A DNA stretch of 64,000 nucleotides from Ramazzottius varieornatus (GCA_001949185.1 BDGG01000004.1:2856912-2920911); one strand, 5' to 3'; shown: positions 34,031-48,219, counted from the stretch's first letter. Notes: a model not told the origin generated them from the letters alone. Numbers and translations are program-made.

Positions 34031-37000
34031 ATGATGCCTGGATTCGGAATCTTTGCGACGTCAAAGGACGAAAAGCTTGACGGAAGGCCCATCCAGAATG
34101 CACAGGCGAAACGGTCTGCCTCGTTGTGGGATAAAGACAAGCAGAAGGTTTAGGCGGAAATACGCTAATTTTTCCTCTGCAACCTCATCTGGCAGGGCTG
34201 TTTTTGCGATTACAGTGATGTTATCTTTTTCAGGTTCTACAAGCTGAACATGTTCTCGGACTTACGGTCACGTCAAACGCCTCCTTCGCTGCATGCCCAT
34301 CGACAGGTCTTCTGGCTTATACGGCGGGGTACTTTGGATGTCTTCGCTTTGTGCATAGTCCTAGCTCCTTTGGCAAATTTTGGGGTTTTCTTAGTTGCAC
34401 GATTGTCCTGTACAATGCCGTTACGGATCTTCAGAGACAGTTAACGGTGCCTAACAGGCGAGTTCTGACGACGATAGCAGTGTGTGGGAAGTACATAGCA
34501 AGTGGAGAGGTGAGGTACTGTTTTGGCCATCTTTTCGGGCCGTCAGAATCTTGGTAAGTCAAGTGCCTATGTATCTTTGCTAGAGCGGACAAGTGCCTTG
34601 CTGTCGGGTGTTCGACACGGACACCGGCAACCAGCTGTGTGAACTGAGTGGACACAAAGCCGTGGCCTTGGTTGCATTCTCGCCAGACGGCAAATATTTG
34701 ATTTCAGTTGGAACTCAACACGATAATCTTCTCAGCGTCTGGGAATGGGAAGCAGGTCGCAAAGTCGCTACAAACAAAATCTCAAGCCCGGTACATACAT
34801 GCTTTGATTATTAATGTTTTTGGATAGTTTAAAATCTTATCTTAGATCGTTTCTCCAGGTGAAAAGCATATCGTTCGCATCGGATGGTTCCTACTTCGTC
34901 ACTGTCGGTCCCCGCCTCGTAAGATTCTGGTACATGTCTGCTGAAGCCAAGGGAGAAACCCTTCCTCTAGCGGGAAGATCAGCAGTGCTGGAAGAAATGA
35001 AGGACGAAGTGTTCTGTGATGTGGCTTGTGGTACCGGAAGTCATAGGGAATACGTTTACGCTATCACGAAGTCCGGTTTCTTATGCCGCTTCAACAACCA
35101 GCGCTTACTTGAACACTCGACGCTACTATCCGTCTCCGAAGCCAACTGTTTAGCCGTTTCCGAGCACAGTGTTACGGTGGGTTGTGCCAACGGGGACGTC
35201 CTGACGTTCGAACCTTCGTCGCTGGAACCCTCAGGATCTCTTCCGCTTCCGCATTGCCTGGGAAGCCAGGGAGAATTACTCGGTGGACGGGTCGAGGGTG
35301 TGGCGTATCCGGCCTGTGTGGCTCTTGCTATTGATGCAGTAGCGAACCATGTAGCGGCTATCTATAACGACCATAGTCTGTACGTGTGGGATGCTCAAAA
35401 CCCTGCGGATCTGAGGCTTGTCTCGTCCCAGCTGTTCCATAGTCGGTGTATATGGGGTTTGGAAACGTACGCACCGCAAAGCCCTCGCCGAGGTCCTTCG
35501 CTGCCCGCTGGTTCTTTTATAACCTGCTCGTCGGATGACACTGTACGCATATGGTGTCCTTCAGGTACCCTTACAGTTCAAAAGCAACTCTGTTGTACCT
35601 AGCTAGTTGTACTAAGCTTATTCAGCAATGCATGCTTTCCTCGCTATAGGTGATCCGGAAGCTTTGGGACACAACATGGAAGATTTCGGTTTGAGGCCGA
35701 AGTGTACCGAGATCATCTTCAACGACCCGAAGTTTCGGTACTTGTGCAACAGCGACAACGGGTCTCCGGGCGGGATCGACGCGATGGACTGCAGCGCGGA
35801 TGGCAAGTACGGAGTACGCTGTCTCAAGGTTGACCACCACGGCGAACAGCTAGCTTTCGGCGATCGTTTAGGGTTCGTCCACATCTACAGCCTGGTTGAA
35901 ATGCGGGACCTCTTCAAGATCGAAGCCCATAGCTCCGAAGTCCTTTGTCTGGACTTTAGTTCGCCGTCCTCCGGGTTTGAATACTTGGCTTCTGCAGGTC
36001 GAGACCGGTTGATACAGATCTTCGCAGTGAACGATGATTTTAACTGTGTACAGACGCTGGATGAACATACTGCCAGCGTGACGGCGTTACGTTTTACTGG
36101 GTTGAACTTGATAAGTTGTGGGGTGGATAAGAAGATCGTATTCTGGATGTTGAAGTCCGGGGGAGGAGCTTTCGAGCTGCAGGAGGAAGTGAAGTCGAAA
36201 GGTGGTGTGATGTATGACATGGCGGTCGATGAAAAGACGCAAAGTCTAATTACCGCTAATCAAGATCGACAGCTGCGAACGTATAGCCTGAGAACGCAGA
36301 AACCAGAAAAGACCACCAGGGGCTGTGCTGCAGACGAAGGTGCTGTCGTCAAGATGGATTTTCTTGACAGTAAAGGTTTGGCCGCAACGAGTTGCTCTGA
36401 TAAGAGTCTGTCTATCGTCGATGTAAACACTGGCGAATGCTGGGGAAATGTCTCTGGCCACTCGGAAATTGTCACGGATTTGAAGTTCTGCGAAGACGAA
36501 AAACGTCTTTTATCAGTTTCCGGCGACAGGTGAGGACTCCAGCTCTAAATGTATATATGTTTTCTTGAAACTGGAAAAATAATCATGTAAGAAAATGATA
36601 AAGGCGTAAAACCGCAAAGTACAGACACTGAACAGTATAGACAAGTTGGTTTCAGGGATATAAATTTTGGTGTATCATGCTTTTCCGTCAACGGTTTCTT
36701 TTTCAGTTGCGTCTTTCTGTGGAGGATGGACGCAGAAGGGCTCACAACCAGTAGTATGGATCGGGAGGTCGCGCCGTTGCCTCACATTCCTCTTAGCCCC
36801 TCGACTAGCAATGGGTACGCCTCCGATGTCAGCAGCGCTCTGAACGAACCGGCAGAAGAGCGACGATCACCGGTGGACAAGCGTCCAGTGAAGCTGAACA
36901 TGAACGGAATGGGTCTTCCAAGCTGGGCAAAGAAAGACAGTGGCAAGAAAACCACTCCACTACATGAAACTGCTCCAGTATTACCGACCGGTCGCTGGGC

Positions 37001-40000
37001 TCAGGATGTCGACTTGGACAGGACAGGCCCTTCATCGTTCGCGTTCGACGTGGACCATAGTAGTAGTAGCCCGAAAGTGTCTCCTGGAAAGAAGTTTACC
37101 AGCATGTCTCGCTCATCGTCTAGACCATCTTCCCGGCCAGCGTCGCCTGCTACCAGCGCTAGTGGAAAGGGCGTCGATGGGCAGCCGAGTGCCCAAAGTG
37201 TCGAGACTCCGCAAACCAGCATTCTCGGTCTGTTAGGCAAACCTCGGCGACCCATAAGAGACGAGCTGGAAGACGAAGAAGGTAAATAAGAAGCCAGCTT
37301 TGTCATGTTTTTGACTCATTCTTGTGAATGATATAAGATTTTTGTTTTCTTCAGAGGAGGCGGAGAAGGAGAAAGCAAAGGAGTACACCGAGATGGAGTC
37401 TTCTGAGTCAGCGTCCACTTTCTCCGCGGGGACTGCGAGTCCGCCGTCGGGATCTCGGCCGGAAACACCGATTGGTGCCGCCAACCGCTTTCTTCACCTG
37501 AACGAAAATGGGATAGACAAGCTAATCAAAAGGAGGCATCCTTCCCGGTCTGCTGCTGCAAAGCCTCGAGCGGTTGAAGCTGTAGTTCCCCAGCAGCCTG
37601 CGGTGGAGAGGACAGCTGAAGCCGAAGCCGTAGCCAAGATTGTTTCTCAGGTTTCTCCTTCGCGGAAGTTGATCCAGAACGCCAAACTGGCGGCGGCGAA
37701 CCGGCGAAAGTTTCAGTCAACCCAAAACTTGTCATCCGGTGAAAACTCTTCGACGATTGCGTCGGACTTCTGCAATTCAACATCAACTCCGTCCACACAG
37801 AATGCGCTACAAGGTACAGCAGATCAAAGCCGTTGTAGAATAGGCTTGTCACGGATAAGTTGAGATAAAGATTTGTATCCACTTTCTATCAGCGGATAAG
37901 GATTGAGGAATTCTTATCCGCGGATAAAAATGAGCAGTGGGCAGAGTAGATCAGTAAGGCGCGGCGAGATGACATCATATGGAGCGGGACATGAAATTAA
38001 AGAATATCCGTAGACGACCAATGATGTCACAGAATCTCTAACTTTGACAATCTTGATTGGTCGATTAAAGGCAATCTTCACTTCGTTGCCGCTTCATACT
38101 TCTCAAACTAGCCCCGCCTTACTGATCTACCGTACTTTGCCCATTGCTCAAATGAATAAGGATGAAAAAGAACGGATAAGCACCATCAGAGCGTACCCTT
38201 GATTGATTGGCCATGCGTGAGCAGCTAATCAGCTGTGCTTGTTTGATGATTTTGGTCTATCAGTCAATCAACGGTACAGTATGGTTCTTATCCATTCTTA
38301 TCCGCCCTTATTCATTCCTTATCCGCGGATAGAAAATGGGTAAACCCTTTTATCCTATCTCATCCGCGACAAGCCGATGATGTAGAGATGTTTGTTTGTG
38401 TACGCGTAATGGGATAGATGTCTTGTATGTTTATATAACGTCGCTTTGTAAGTTATGTTGTTTTACCGCGCCAGGAACTAACTGCTTTCCATGTACCATA
38501 GGGTGCAGTACTGACCATAATATGCGTCGTGCAACATCGATGATGAATATTAACAGCGTCAGCTTCGGCAAGGAAAACCAGTCTGAATGTGAGTACCTAG
38601 CAAGGGAACGGAGGTGACCATGAGAGTCTGAACTTCTTCCAACTTTTTCTGTCGAAAGTACTCGGTCCTAGCTACCGTTCAAGGGTACTCTCAGTTGCCA
38701 CCGAGCACTTTCTGGCCAGGGAGCAAATTTCGAATGCGTGGAACCCTCTCAAAACCACTGTGGTACCTCTGACTCCTCGATGTCTACTGGTTCTCGTATC
38801 GTCCGAAACATAGCGTGTCCAGCAATAAATATGCATTAGATGAACTGGTGAACACTTCTGCTGTTTTCAAAAATTTTTGTTTTTGTCGGAGTTTTCGTGA
38901 TGGACTAACTTAGTTTGGTCGATGGAACGTTGAGAAAACGAAAATTTTTTTTTCGCTTATCTGAAACAGCAGAAGTGTTCACCAGTTCATCTGAAGCATT
39001 TTTTGCTGGAGAAATTATGTTTCGGACGCATTCGAAATTTTTTCCCTGGCCAAAAGCTGCTCGGTGGCGACTGAGAGTACCCTTGAACGTTAGCTAGGAC
39101 CGAGTACTTTCGACAGAAAAAGTTGGAAGAAGTTCAGACTCTCATGGTCACCTCCGTTCCCTTGTAAGTCTACTGCTGTTCGACTTGTGCGAGTGTTATA
39201 TTTCATCAATTTTCAGCGGAGGGATACGGCAGTCTTCTGGAAAGAGCCAAGGCTCGTCTGTCGGCCATATCGTCCAAGCGTCAGACGGATGCTTCTGCAT
39301 CCCCTCGGCTGCTTGACATGCCCGACACCAGGCCAGCTGATAGCCCTCCTATCATTTCTCAGGGTGGGGACCATGAAACTGACAGGAAAACTCAAGATGA
39401 AGCAAGTCTTTCGGTAAAGTTTAGGCCGCCAAGGAACTCCACTTCGAGAAGCAGGAGTACGGACCGGGGTGCGCTTGCGTTGAGAAGCGTGTCTCAGTCC
39501 AGGAACTTTGCCCAAGATACAGAGCCTGCCAGTACTGCCTTACGACCGCTGTCCGCGATACGCCTCCGTCTGAACAGTGCCTCACGAACTCAAGTACCGG
39601 TGAATCCGGCGGTCAATGAGTCGCCCACTGCTGAAGCCATCGCTCGCATCAAAGCGGGGCTGGGACTGGTGCCAAAGCCCGAGAACAGCGAGCAAGTTCC
39701 GGAGCCACCATCGGCTCCGGAAGACTCGCTGCGATATAAAGACTGTGTGAAAGAGTGCCAGGACTTGACGAAGAACCTTGAAACTGTGATTCAAAGACTG
39801 ATAAAGGTATGAACTAATGTTAAGTTATATGGCTGCTCTTATGGAATCTTACTAATTGGAAGACCGGTAAACCTCAGGTGGTGCTTTGCTTGCAGTTGAA
39901 CTCTGGCGAAACTATGGCCGAAAGAAGGGACCTTCAGATGACACTGTGCACAGAGGCTCTTTCCAAAGTTGCCACTCAACTCGCTGCGTTACCGGGTACT

Positions 40001-40123
40001 GCCACCGCCGTTGTCGAGCGTGCAGGTACCGATTCGAAATACGAAATGAATGGCTCAATCGATAAATTGTCCAGTTCACGTAGGACTTCGTGCTCAGAAA
40101 GCCCAGTGCAAATGATCATATGA
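34031..40123 (+). CDS. MAPKBP1/WDR62-family WD40 protein
   Basis: EHVLGLTV..LAYTAGCTIVLYN, VAFSPDGKYLISVG, YFVTVG..PLAGRSAVL, YNDHSLYVWD, FHSRCIWG, SFITCSSDDTVRIW, IEAHSSEVLCLDFS, LASAGRDRLI, GHSEIVTDLKF..LLSVSGDSCVFLW; long disordered tail with terminal helical segment. Confidence 0.92.
37841..38377. mobile_element. Degenerate hAT-like fold-back with two internal hairpins (intron 37814-38501)
   Basis: Termini GGCTTGTCACGGAT / ATCCGCGACAAGCC; inner IRs ~37930-37966 / 38110-38151 and ~38175-38213 / 38254-38293; repeated GGATAA/TTATCC. Confidence 0.7.
38601..39164. mobile_element. Young fold-back MITE, 564 bp (intron 38589-39216)
   Basis: Near-perfect terminal arms CAAGGGAACGGAGGTGACCATGAGAGTCTGAACTTCTTCCAAC.. 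/ ..GTTGGAAGAAGTTCAGACTCTCATGGTCACCTCCGTTCCCTTG; pairing continues for about 200 bp; flanks TAG / TAA. Confidence 0.9.
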
Positions 40124-41161
40124 TTTATCCTTTCTTTTTTATTCTGTACAGTGACAGTACAGAGCAAGTGGTTTGTTGTTTCATGGTTTATGCTATTTTT
40201 ATACTCAGTAATATTTTCAATAATTTTTTAATAAAGCTGATGGGTAGCAGTAGACAGATTTATGGGAAGTTGAGCACGGCCTTAATAGTGCTTAAAGTTC
40301 GACAATGAGCTCAGGGAGCTAGTATGTACGTCAGTGAGTACGACGCTTGTTTTTGGGTCTGCTGAGTTTTCATGTCAGCGGAAGTCTTCCGTGACTGTCT
40401 CCTGTTACGACCTGGCGAGATACAGACGGGCTTAGGAACATACACATCTTGCAGAGCTAGCCATTGAGACGAAAATACCCCACGAAGCTGACTCGATGAC
40501 ACGAGAAAGTACCGCTGCCGTCAGAGCCTCGTCAGATCGACAAGAACATTAGAATTTTTCAACAGTGACCGAAATCCGGCGTATTCTTAGCATTATAGTA
40601 TTTCGAGTTTATGCATGCAGAATCGCCGTCGAGCTTCCTTATGACGTGCCCTGTGGAGCGATGTGCATGCCCTGTCAGTATGATCTGATCATTCTGGTAG
40701 CAGAAAGAGAGGAAGCAAGCAATGCGGAACGTCAAGGCTGCCCCACATGCCTTGAAGAGCCAACAGGCAAAGATGGTTTGATGCAGAACGCATCCACAGT
40801 TCGTCCTTGAATGCGACTCTTGGTTCATTCATAAATATCCAGTAACTAAAGTGCTCCTTCTTCTTATTACATTCCGTGATGGATAACTAATTCTTCAATA
40901 ATACTACTCTTATTCACGGATAGAATCGCACAACAACCTGACGATTACTTCCTTGAATATCAGCGACGATCCGGGCGAACTTACGGACTTCACAAAGTTG
41001 CAGGTATGTTCCATGCAAATGTACGCCTACTCCGATCGAGGCACCACTTCCTTCTTGCTTCTCCCCAAAACGGGTACGCATTTGCTTATGCGAACATCTA
41101 ACCTGAGCTTCTGAGAGATTTTCAAGGGTGGTATAAAAGGAAATTATGATAAGTTAACGTG

Positions 41162-41285
41162 GGGAGCTGGGTAAGCAAAGGAAACAAGTTCGATACCCTC
41201 AAGTGGCACACGTTAGCTTTGCCACTGGTCGGCATTGTGCGCCACTCAAGATAAATATTTTGTACGTTCTGTCCAGCCAGCTCCC
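41162..41285. repeat. 53-bp-core fold-back family, copy C
   Basis: Core 41198-41250 CTCAAGTGGCACAC..GTGCGCCACTCAAG; outer IR GGGAGCTGG / CCAGCTCCC. Confidence 0.7.
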
Positions 41286-41454
41286 TAAGTATTAATCAAG
41301 GTTATTTATTTACAGCGACAAATGTTTGTAAGTATTTCAGGAAAAGGGGTTTCAAAGATCTGCTCGAAACATAAAGTCAGCATTCGTATTTCGTCGGATT
41401 TGCTCGTTGACGTCACGTTGGCAAACTTGACCGGGATATTTTCTCTCTTTCGAT

Positions 41455-42500
41455 GGATGCTAATCGGCAAGGCCCACCAGCCACCACGCCCAAGCCGACT
41501 CTTGGTCGGACGATCATGAAGCTGCGCATAAACTTTCCTGACGACCCAGACGCCATCAGCTCAAACCCGACACGCAGTAACGCAGTCCCTGAACCAGCTG
41601 AGCGTCGAAGTTCTCTACTTCTGGAAACCATGAAGAATGCTCGACGAGAACCCGCGACATACCAGGTCGAAGAAGACGATACGTATCCGGAAGGCGTGGT
41701 GCCCTGGATAGTGGATAACGAACGCCGGGATTCGATTGAACAGGCGCGTATTAAGCTCGCCGCCAAAAGTTCTGGAGGATCGGGAAAGAATAAGCTGCAA
41801 CGCGGGAAAAAACTGCGGGAAGCGAAACGCAGCATCAGCGGCACACTTTTGGACGAGGTACTGGCTTAACGTGGTTTCCCATGAGAACCGTTTCTTCGTT
41901 CTATAGCTTTTTTCCATCGTTTGAAAGACGTGTACTAGCTTTGACACGAGTTCGTAATCGGAACAGGGTCGCCAGACTCCCGAAGACTCCGACAAGTCAG
42001 AAATTGCTCAGAACCTCACTGAAATTGGCCAAGATACTGGAAGGTTGAACGAACCTACCCCTTTCCTCCATCCGTTGATGCAGACTGTGGCTAACGCAGA
42101 AAAAATACTCCAGGAGCATTACAGTATTGTCCAGAGAGATGACTACGGATCACAATATGCTGGTTCAATTCCTTCTAGCTCCAGCCAGGTAAGGGCTTCA
42201 ACATGGAAGTTTACCGAGCTACTCCGCTACAAATAAATTTTCGTCACTCATCGAATCTTTCATAGTATTCGTATTCAACGATGTCGGACGAAGCAGCTTC
42301 CGACAGCGGACAAGAGCAAACCTCGCGACCAACAGAGTCCTCATCTTCCAACACCCTGACCCACGATGTGTACGAAGAACTCAACAAGGAACTAACTGCT
42401 TTGGTTCAGGTTAGTCAGAATCCCATGTCGGAGATAATCGACTTCAGTTCACATTAATCGTTTTTAGGAACTGGAGCTTGAGTTACCGCATAAGTTTTGA
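41455..42500 (+). CDS. Uncharacterised low-complexity protein (exons ~41455-41857, 41967-42188, 42266-42409, 42468-42500; 5' exons uncertain)
   Basis: Hydrophilic ORFs bounded by phase-0 GT/AG sites, ending DVYEELNKELTALVQ|ELELELPHKF; no recognised domain. Confidence 0.5.
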
Positions 42501-42740
42501 ATCGCGTCCTCCAGATGGATCTTCAGCACGGACCCGGAGCGTAAATACCTTGCAGATTCTGCAAGTCTTCGTAAGCATTTATTGTGATACAGTGGTTATA
42601 CAGGATGACAAAAGACAGATTGCAGGTATCTTTATATTTTCTTGAAGCCGTTTTTCCACTATTAGAAATCTAACGAGTATCATAAGATTCATGTATTACA
42701 CTAATACATGCTGCTTTCAGAATGAAATGGTTGTTTTTTC

Positions 42741-43654
42741 TCACTTCTTTTGTGTTGACGCAGTAGCGGCTTTGTACATCCGCTTGAACTGCAAAGCTTT
42801 ATTGATGGCCGGAAGTACAAAATGCTCAGTAAAACACTCTTTCGATAAGCAGCGCTCCTTTACGTCTTTGCCATCGCTAACTACGCTGAGCCAAAAAGCC
42901 GAAACGAAGCCCCAGACGAAATCGAAACAGTTTGGATCCAAAGACCTGCAGCAAGTGGTTCTTGTTAACGGTGTTATAACGTCAGTTATTCGAGATCCGC
43001 CTGAGAAACGCCCACCTGGTTTCACGCTGTCTTTGGCGGAAAGATACAGTGAATACCGCGAGTGTGTTATCCCATCGACACCATTCCTGATCTCTTTTGC
43101 CGGGACACAGCGGGAGGTTGGACAGCTGTTCGTCGATCGGAATTGCTATGCAATCTTTCCAAGCGCTGTCGACCTGAATTTGCTGGAGTTCTTGCAGATA
43201 ATGCGTCACGTAACCTGAAAAAGATGACGATGTATTGCAGGTTTCGTTCACAACGATACGCCGCTGTTCGCGTCGTCTTACCGTTGCTGTCCGCAACTCC
43301 GATGTGAAGGTCTTCCAGGCCGTGGTAATCTCTGAAAAGTAGGAACAACGTAGACCAGTCGAGCCCTTGGAAAAAATAATAGTGCCTCATACGGACGAAT
43401 AACAATACGTACGTCAAGAACCCTCCGACGGTGGGTTTTATAACGATAGAACCAGGTGCGCGACTCGATGTAGTCCAAGGAGGGAACACACAAACTGGAG
43501 GCAGGATGAACTCATGGGGCTGGTGCGATTGTCCACAGCTTGCGCACTTCGCTGGGATGCTCAACGAGAAGATATGTCCAGCGGAAGTGCAGTGCTGATA
43601 GCGAAACACGACCACGGGAACATACTCCGTCCTCTCCAGCTCGCTATCGCCCAT
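42741..43654 (-). CDS. MKRN2OS: MKRN2 opposite strand protein-like (DUF4796)
   Basis: QHC..IFSLSIPAKCASCG, SIVIKPTVGGFL, DLHIGVADSNG, WKDCIAI, WDNTL, NCFDFV..LSKECFTEHFVLP. Confidence 0.85.
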
Positions 43655-44696
43655 TCGTCGTAGCCAGCCTCATCATCTCCCACAGCCTACCAAGGTAATC
43701 AACGCACGTTGACCTCCTGGAAGCAGAAACACCCATCATCCATGCTATCCAGTCGCTCTAATCGTCACACACTTCAGGTCCGGAAGTTAAAAAATATTAC
43801 ACTAGGCAAACTGCGATACCATAATCGCGGTTCAAGGTTCTTGGCCGCTAGATGGCGCTTCTAACGTTATCCCCACAGTACACTCCTCGAACTTTATAGA
43901 TCCAGGCCTTTGATCTCTCACTCTTTGTGCGATATCTACTGGAGAGTGCAGAAAATACTGCGAGGTCAGTTGTTCCGGGTATTTTTGACTCTTGGGAGTT
44001 GGGACCAGAAGCCTTGCTGGTAAACGATAAAACCTATTGTCTCGAGGCGGGAAGGCCGCGGGATGGCTTCCGAGGCACCGCCGATCGCGATAGCTTCCCT
44101 CGAGCATCGGGCAAATCTGTTTCAGTAGACTACCTATAGACTCACCAGTGACATCCAGAGATTATCTGGTTGGGGTGTGAGAAAGTAGCGGTCTCCCCTT
44201 GTGTCTATCTAAACCAACCGGAGGATTCTTGATCGAAGTTCTCACCGCAAACGGCGTATTACGTCACAAGCCAGCCTGAAGCACTCCTTGGCGGTTAACA
44301 TTACGCCCGGGTGTTTATGGGACAAACCTCATCTATTCTACGGTCAATATTTCCACTGGACTGATACGATCTGGCCGAAAGGCTGTCGCCATGAGGCAGA
44401 TGGGTCTCTTGTATCATAAACAAATGGACTAACCACGTGGCCCAAGAATGGCGAACGAACTTCGACACCTGACCGGCTGCGACAGGACGAACACCAACAC
44501 GCAAACTCTGGGATTCTGGCGCACTCTCCTCGTGCTCCAGATCCTAAACATTTGGCTTTAGATTCTAAGATTGCAACGTCTGGGATCTTTCTCTTAATCT
44601 CCTGCACGTCTTGGTCTTCTACCTCTTCTGTACTTTTCCCCTTGCTTGCATTATTGTTTGGAAGGAAGCGTCCACTGTTTTGCCTAGAAAGAAGCC

Positions 44697-47509
44697 ATGC
44701 ACTGTTTCTCTTGCTTCAGCCAGCAGCAGCCCAAATCCCCGGAGAAGGCCATCGACAGTCGGCCACATCGTCCATCAACGGTCGAAGAAGGACATCTCTC
44801 TCCACCGATCGAATATTCCCCTAGAGATCCCCCGAACAAGCCTGATTCCAACTCCACGGACTCGAATGGCAGAGGAAACGGTAATGGACCAAAGAAGTCA
44901 GCTAGGAAGCGGATTGATGTCACGTCTGGGTCATCGTCTAGCTTGCCGTATGATCATCAAAGCCGCCACTTTGAAGAAGTCGATCATGTGGGGTATTCTC
45001 CCGGACAAGTAGTGCCTGGAAGCCAGCGGAAGAAACGTAAGTCTTGACTATGATATTATCAAGTTTATCCTTTGGATGGTGTTGTCTGTCTTCTAGGTTC
45101 GAAGACTGGATCTCGATCTCCGCGTCCACATTCACAGAAGAGCATCCGCAAGGAAAGCAAGACTTCTCCTCGCTACCGGCGTTCGGACGTGGATTTGGAA
45201 AGGGAGCTGGAGTATGAATTCAACAACCTTCGACCGACAAGATCGGAAATGTCTCCGGATAGAGTCTTCCCGCATTCGCGTGAATCACGCCATCATCAGT
45301 CCAACGGCCGCTCGGTAACGCTCAACACGCTGCATCCCGGTGTTCGCAGCCAGCGGAAGCAAGACTGGTATCATAGCTTCGTACCTCCTCCCCGCAAGGA
45401 ATCGTTCGCTCTCAAAAGTGGGTTGCTCTCGTCTTATTTCTCCACAATTCGGAACTACCCGACCGTAAACTCACCAAATCTATACTCGTTTATCTGTCTA
45501 GATCCGAACTGGTACGGAGGAGCTGGATCCGTTAGAAACTTGGTTCGGCAGTACGAAATGCAGCGCCGACTTTCGGTACGTGGAGCTCCCTAAACACTCC
45601 GACGCATTTATACTTTCTGAATCTGATTTGCTCCTAATTCGTAACCTTTCTTTCTTGTTCTGACAGCGTGAAGAGCGAGAGAGGGAGAACCGTCTGTCGC
45701 CACCGCCAATCAAGATCGACGAACAGTAAGTACTCGTACCGTTCCGTTTCTGAATCCCGAAAACTGGGAAAGAGACGAGGTGATCCTGATTCGTGATGAG
45801 GATTTTTTGCATGATGATTTTGCAGGCATACGGGTGACGGTGAAGATAAAGGACAAGCAACCGCACCTCCTCTGACGTCCAACACCGATTCGAACTCGTC
45901 GGGTAAGCGTCACCAGCAGAAGAAGAAGGTTCCGTTCACATTCGACGCCATCGACGGAACTTACCCGGTCCTACCACCGCCTCCACTCTTCTTTGCCGCG
46001 CCTTCCGCTCCTCCGCTGACAGCGGACGTCGATCCGCCACCACCACCCTCGCCAGTCTCTTCTCTACGGACCAAGGCCGACCATCAACCCTTTCCAGATC
46101 CGCCTCCCGAAGTTTTGCACTCAGTGCTGAAGCTGTCCACCACAGAGTCGTCTGACAAGAACGACGATAGTTCGCCCATGCCTTACTCGGACTCTCTGTC
46201 TTCGCCGCTCACTCAACAAGAATTCGCGACCACGAACCATTTCAAGGAAGTCCGTGAAACTTACTACTCTGCAAAAGGCGAGGTATGCAGATTTGCTAAA
46301 AACATGGGAAAGTAGAGAGGGTTGAGTCGTTATTCGGTTCATTTTATTGGGTTGCTTGTAGGGATTGACATATGCAAGTAACGTACAGGATCGTTCCGAG
46401 AACAGCGAGCGAAGTCGTATGGGCGACTTCCGGTCGGTTGAGCAAGCTGTGGGGAATATGGCCACTCGCTTGAAGCACCCGAAGCTAGCCAGATCGGCAA
46501 CCCGTGACAGAAACCCACTGAACACCATCACGTCCCGCCATATGAATGCTCGACCTGAAGAACAGGACAAAACAAGACGATATGGTGAGTTTTGTATGCG
46601 CGGAATTTTTTGAAGTGTATACTCGTAGTAAAAGTGTGGTTGAACTGTGTGAATGGTAATGTGTGAGATACGAATATTTTCAGAAATGCGCAAAGATTTT
46701 CGGGAGAAAGAGGAAGAGCGGCAGAACATTGTTCCAGCAGATCCAATGGTAGATCCCCTTGAGTTTGACGCTGAACTGGACAAGATTCTGCGAAGAGGAG
46801 CTGGCGACGACAAGGAAGTGACGTTCGCCCGCTTTCAAGAGCCAGTGCCCGTTTACTCTAAACCTTGGTCAAAGGCTGTGATTGCAGTCGAGAAAGAAGT
46901 AGTGCGAAAGAGTAACTCTGAAAGTAACAGTACCAGTATGACTCGGGTGAAAGCTGGAAAAAATGCTAAGGTGGATGAGCGCTCGTCCCATCGCAATTCG
47001 GACGGTAAGATACTGTCATTGGATGATGAATCGATGGAGCGTAGTCCCATCGGGAGCTACATCAAGAAACCAAGTCGATCGAGTACTCATATCGTCCGGC
47101 GACTTCGCGGTGACGTCTTCGAAGATAAACGGGGCGAGGTAAGACCGAACAACTTAGTCAAGAAAGGAATAATTGAAACGCAGAAGTTTTCTTCCAGGTG
47201 ATCTTCACCGTTGACGCCAGAACGGGTTACGAGTTCTCTTCGACGATCGCTTTGCGTACTTCGGATCTCAGTAGGTATTCCATCACGCAGACGCAACGAG
47301 AACTGAGAACTGGGCGAGCTACCACAAGGAACTGGGTAGTCATTGGGTCGGGAGTGACGCAGAAGGTTGTCGTGGACCAGACAGCGCTGAGTCGAGGAGG
47401 AATGAGTACGGAACGCAGAAGAATCATCGTGGACCGGACAAGATCGTTGAACGACACGATGCCGAGCCTTACCTATGACATTCCGTCGGACGCTTCTGAC
47501 GGACTTTGA
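44697..47509 (+). CDS. Uncharacterised Ser/Arg/Pro-rich multi-exon protein with a beta-rich C-terminal domain
   Basis: Chain of ORFs (44697, 45072, 46115, 46365, 46653, 47198) separated by short GT-AG introns; N-terminal MHCFSCFS; polyproline stretch near 45970-46050. Confidence 0.65.
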
Positions 47510-48219
47510 ATTTATCGTTGTTGAAACTCTAGATCTGTTGGTTTTCGTACTGTTGGTTGAATCAAGCTGCCTCTCGAAATTTGCCTCTGTATTTCAGGTG
47601 GAGATGTGTACGATCTTTAAATTATTTTTGATTTTGAATCATTATTTGGCTCGAAGCTGTACTTATTATTCCTTATTAGAATACTGGTTATTACTTGCCC
47701 CAGTACTCCAGTATGGTGGTTTGAATTTTACAAAATGCCGTCATACCATCATACCGCAGATCTGAAGTGGATACCGTAATGAGAAACTCAGTAAGTTCTA
47801 CTATGTAAGCTGATAAGCGGATTATTGTCCTTCGATACGCAAAGAGTTTAGGACTGAACCAGGAAGTGAACCAGGAAGCACGATAACCGAAAGAGCCCAG
47901 AGCGATAACTGACCAGTGGGCAGAGCTTGTTCACATTGTAAGCATGACAGTCGTTGGACCTCCTACCAGGCGATCAGCTGGTCTCTACGGGAGTCGGCAG
48001 TTGTCAGAAACGTCACGTGGTTCTTCCCATTTGGCGAGCCAAGGCATGGGCAGCCAATCTCAACCGAGCAGTTCCGGACTTCCGGTGGCCATGCGGCCCT
48101 CTCTGCTATTCCAGATATCTTCATCTGTCTTTTGCAGTTGCTTCAGGCATGCTTGATGCGGATTCGAGAAGAAGAGATGCCGGTGAAACAAGTCACGGAA
48201 AGCGTCTAGCAGATCCAGG

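Noticed and set aside
40305-41003. Cys-containing ORF 40565-40810 as a RING/zinc finger or 5' exons of the 41455 gene
   Set aside because: Cys spacing does not fit a known finger and the exon chain could not be resolved.
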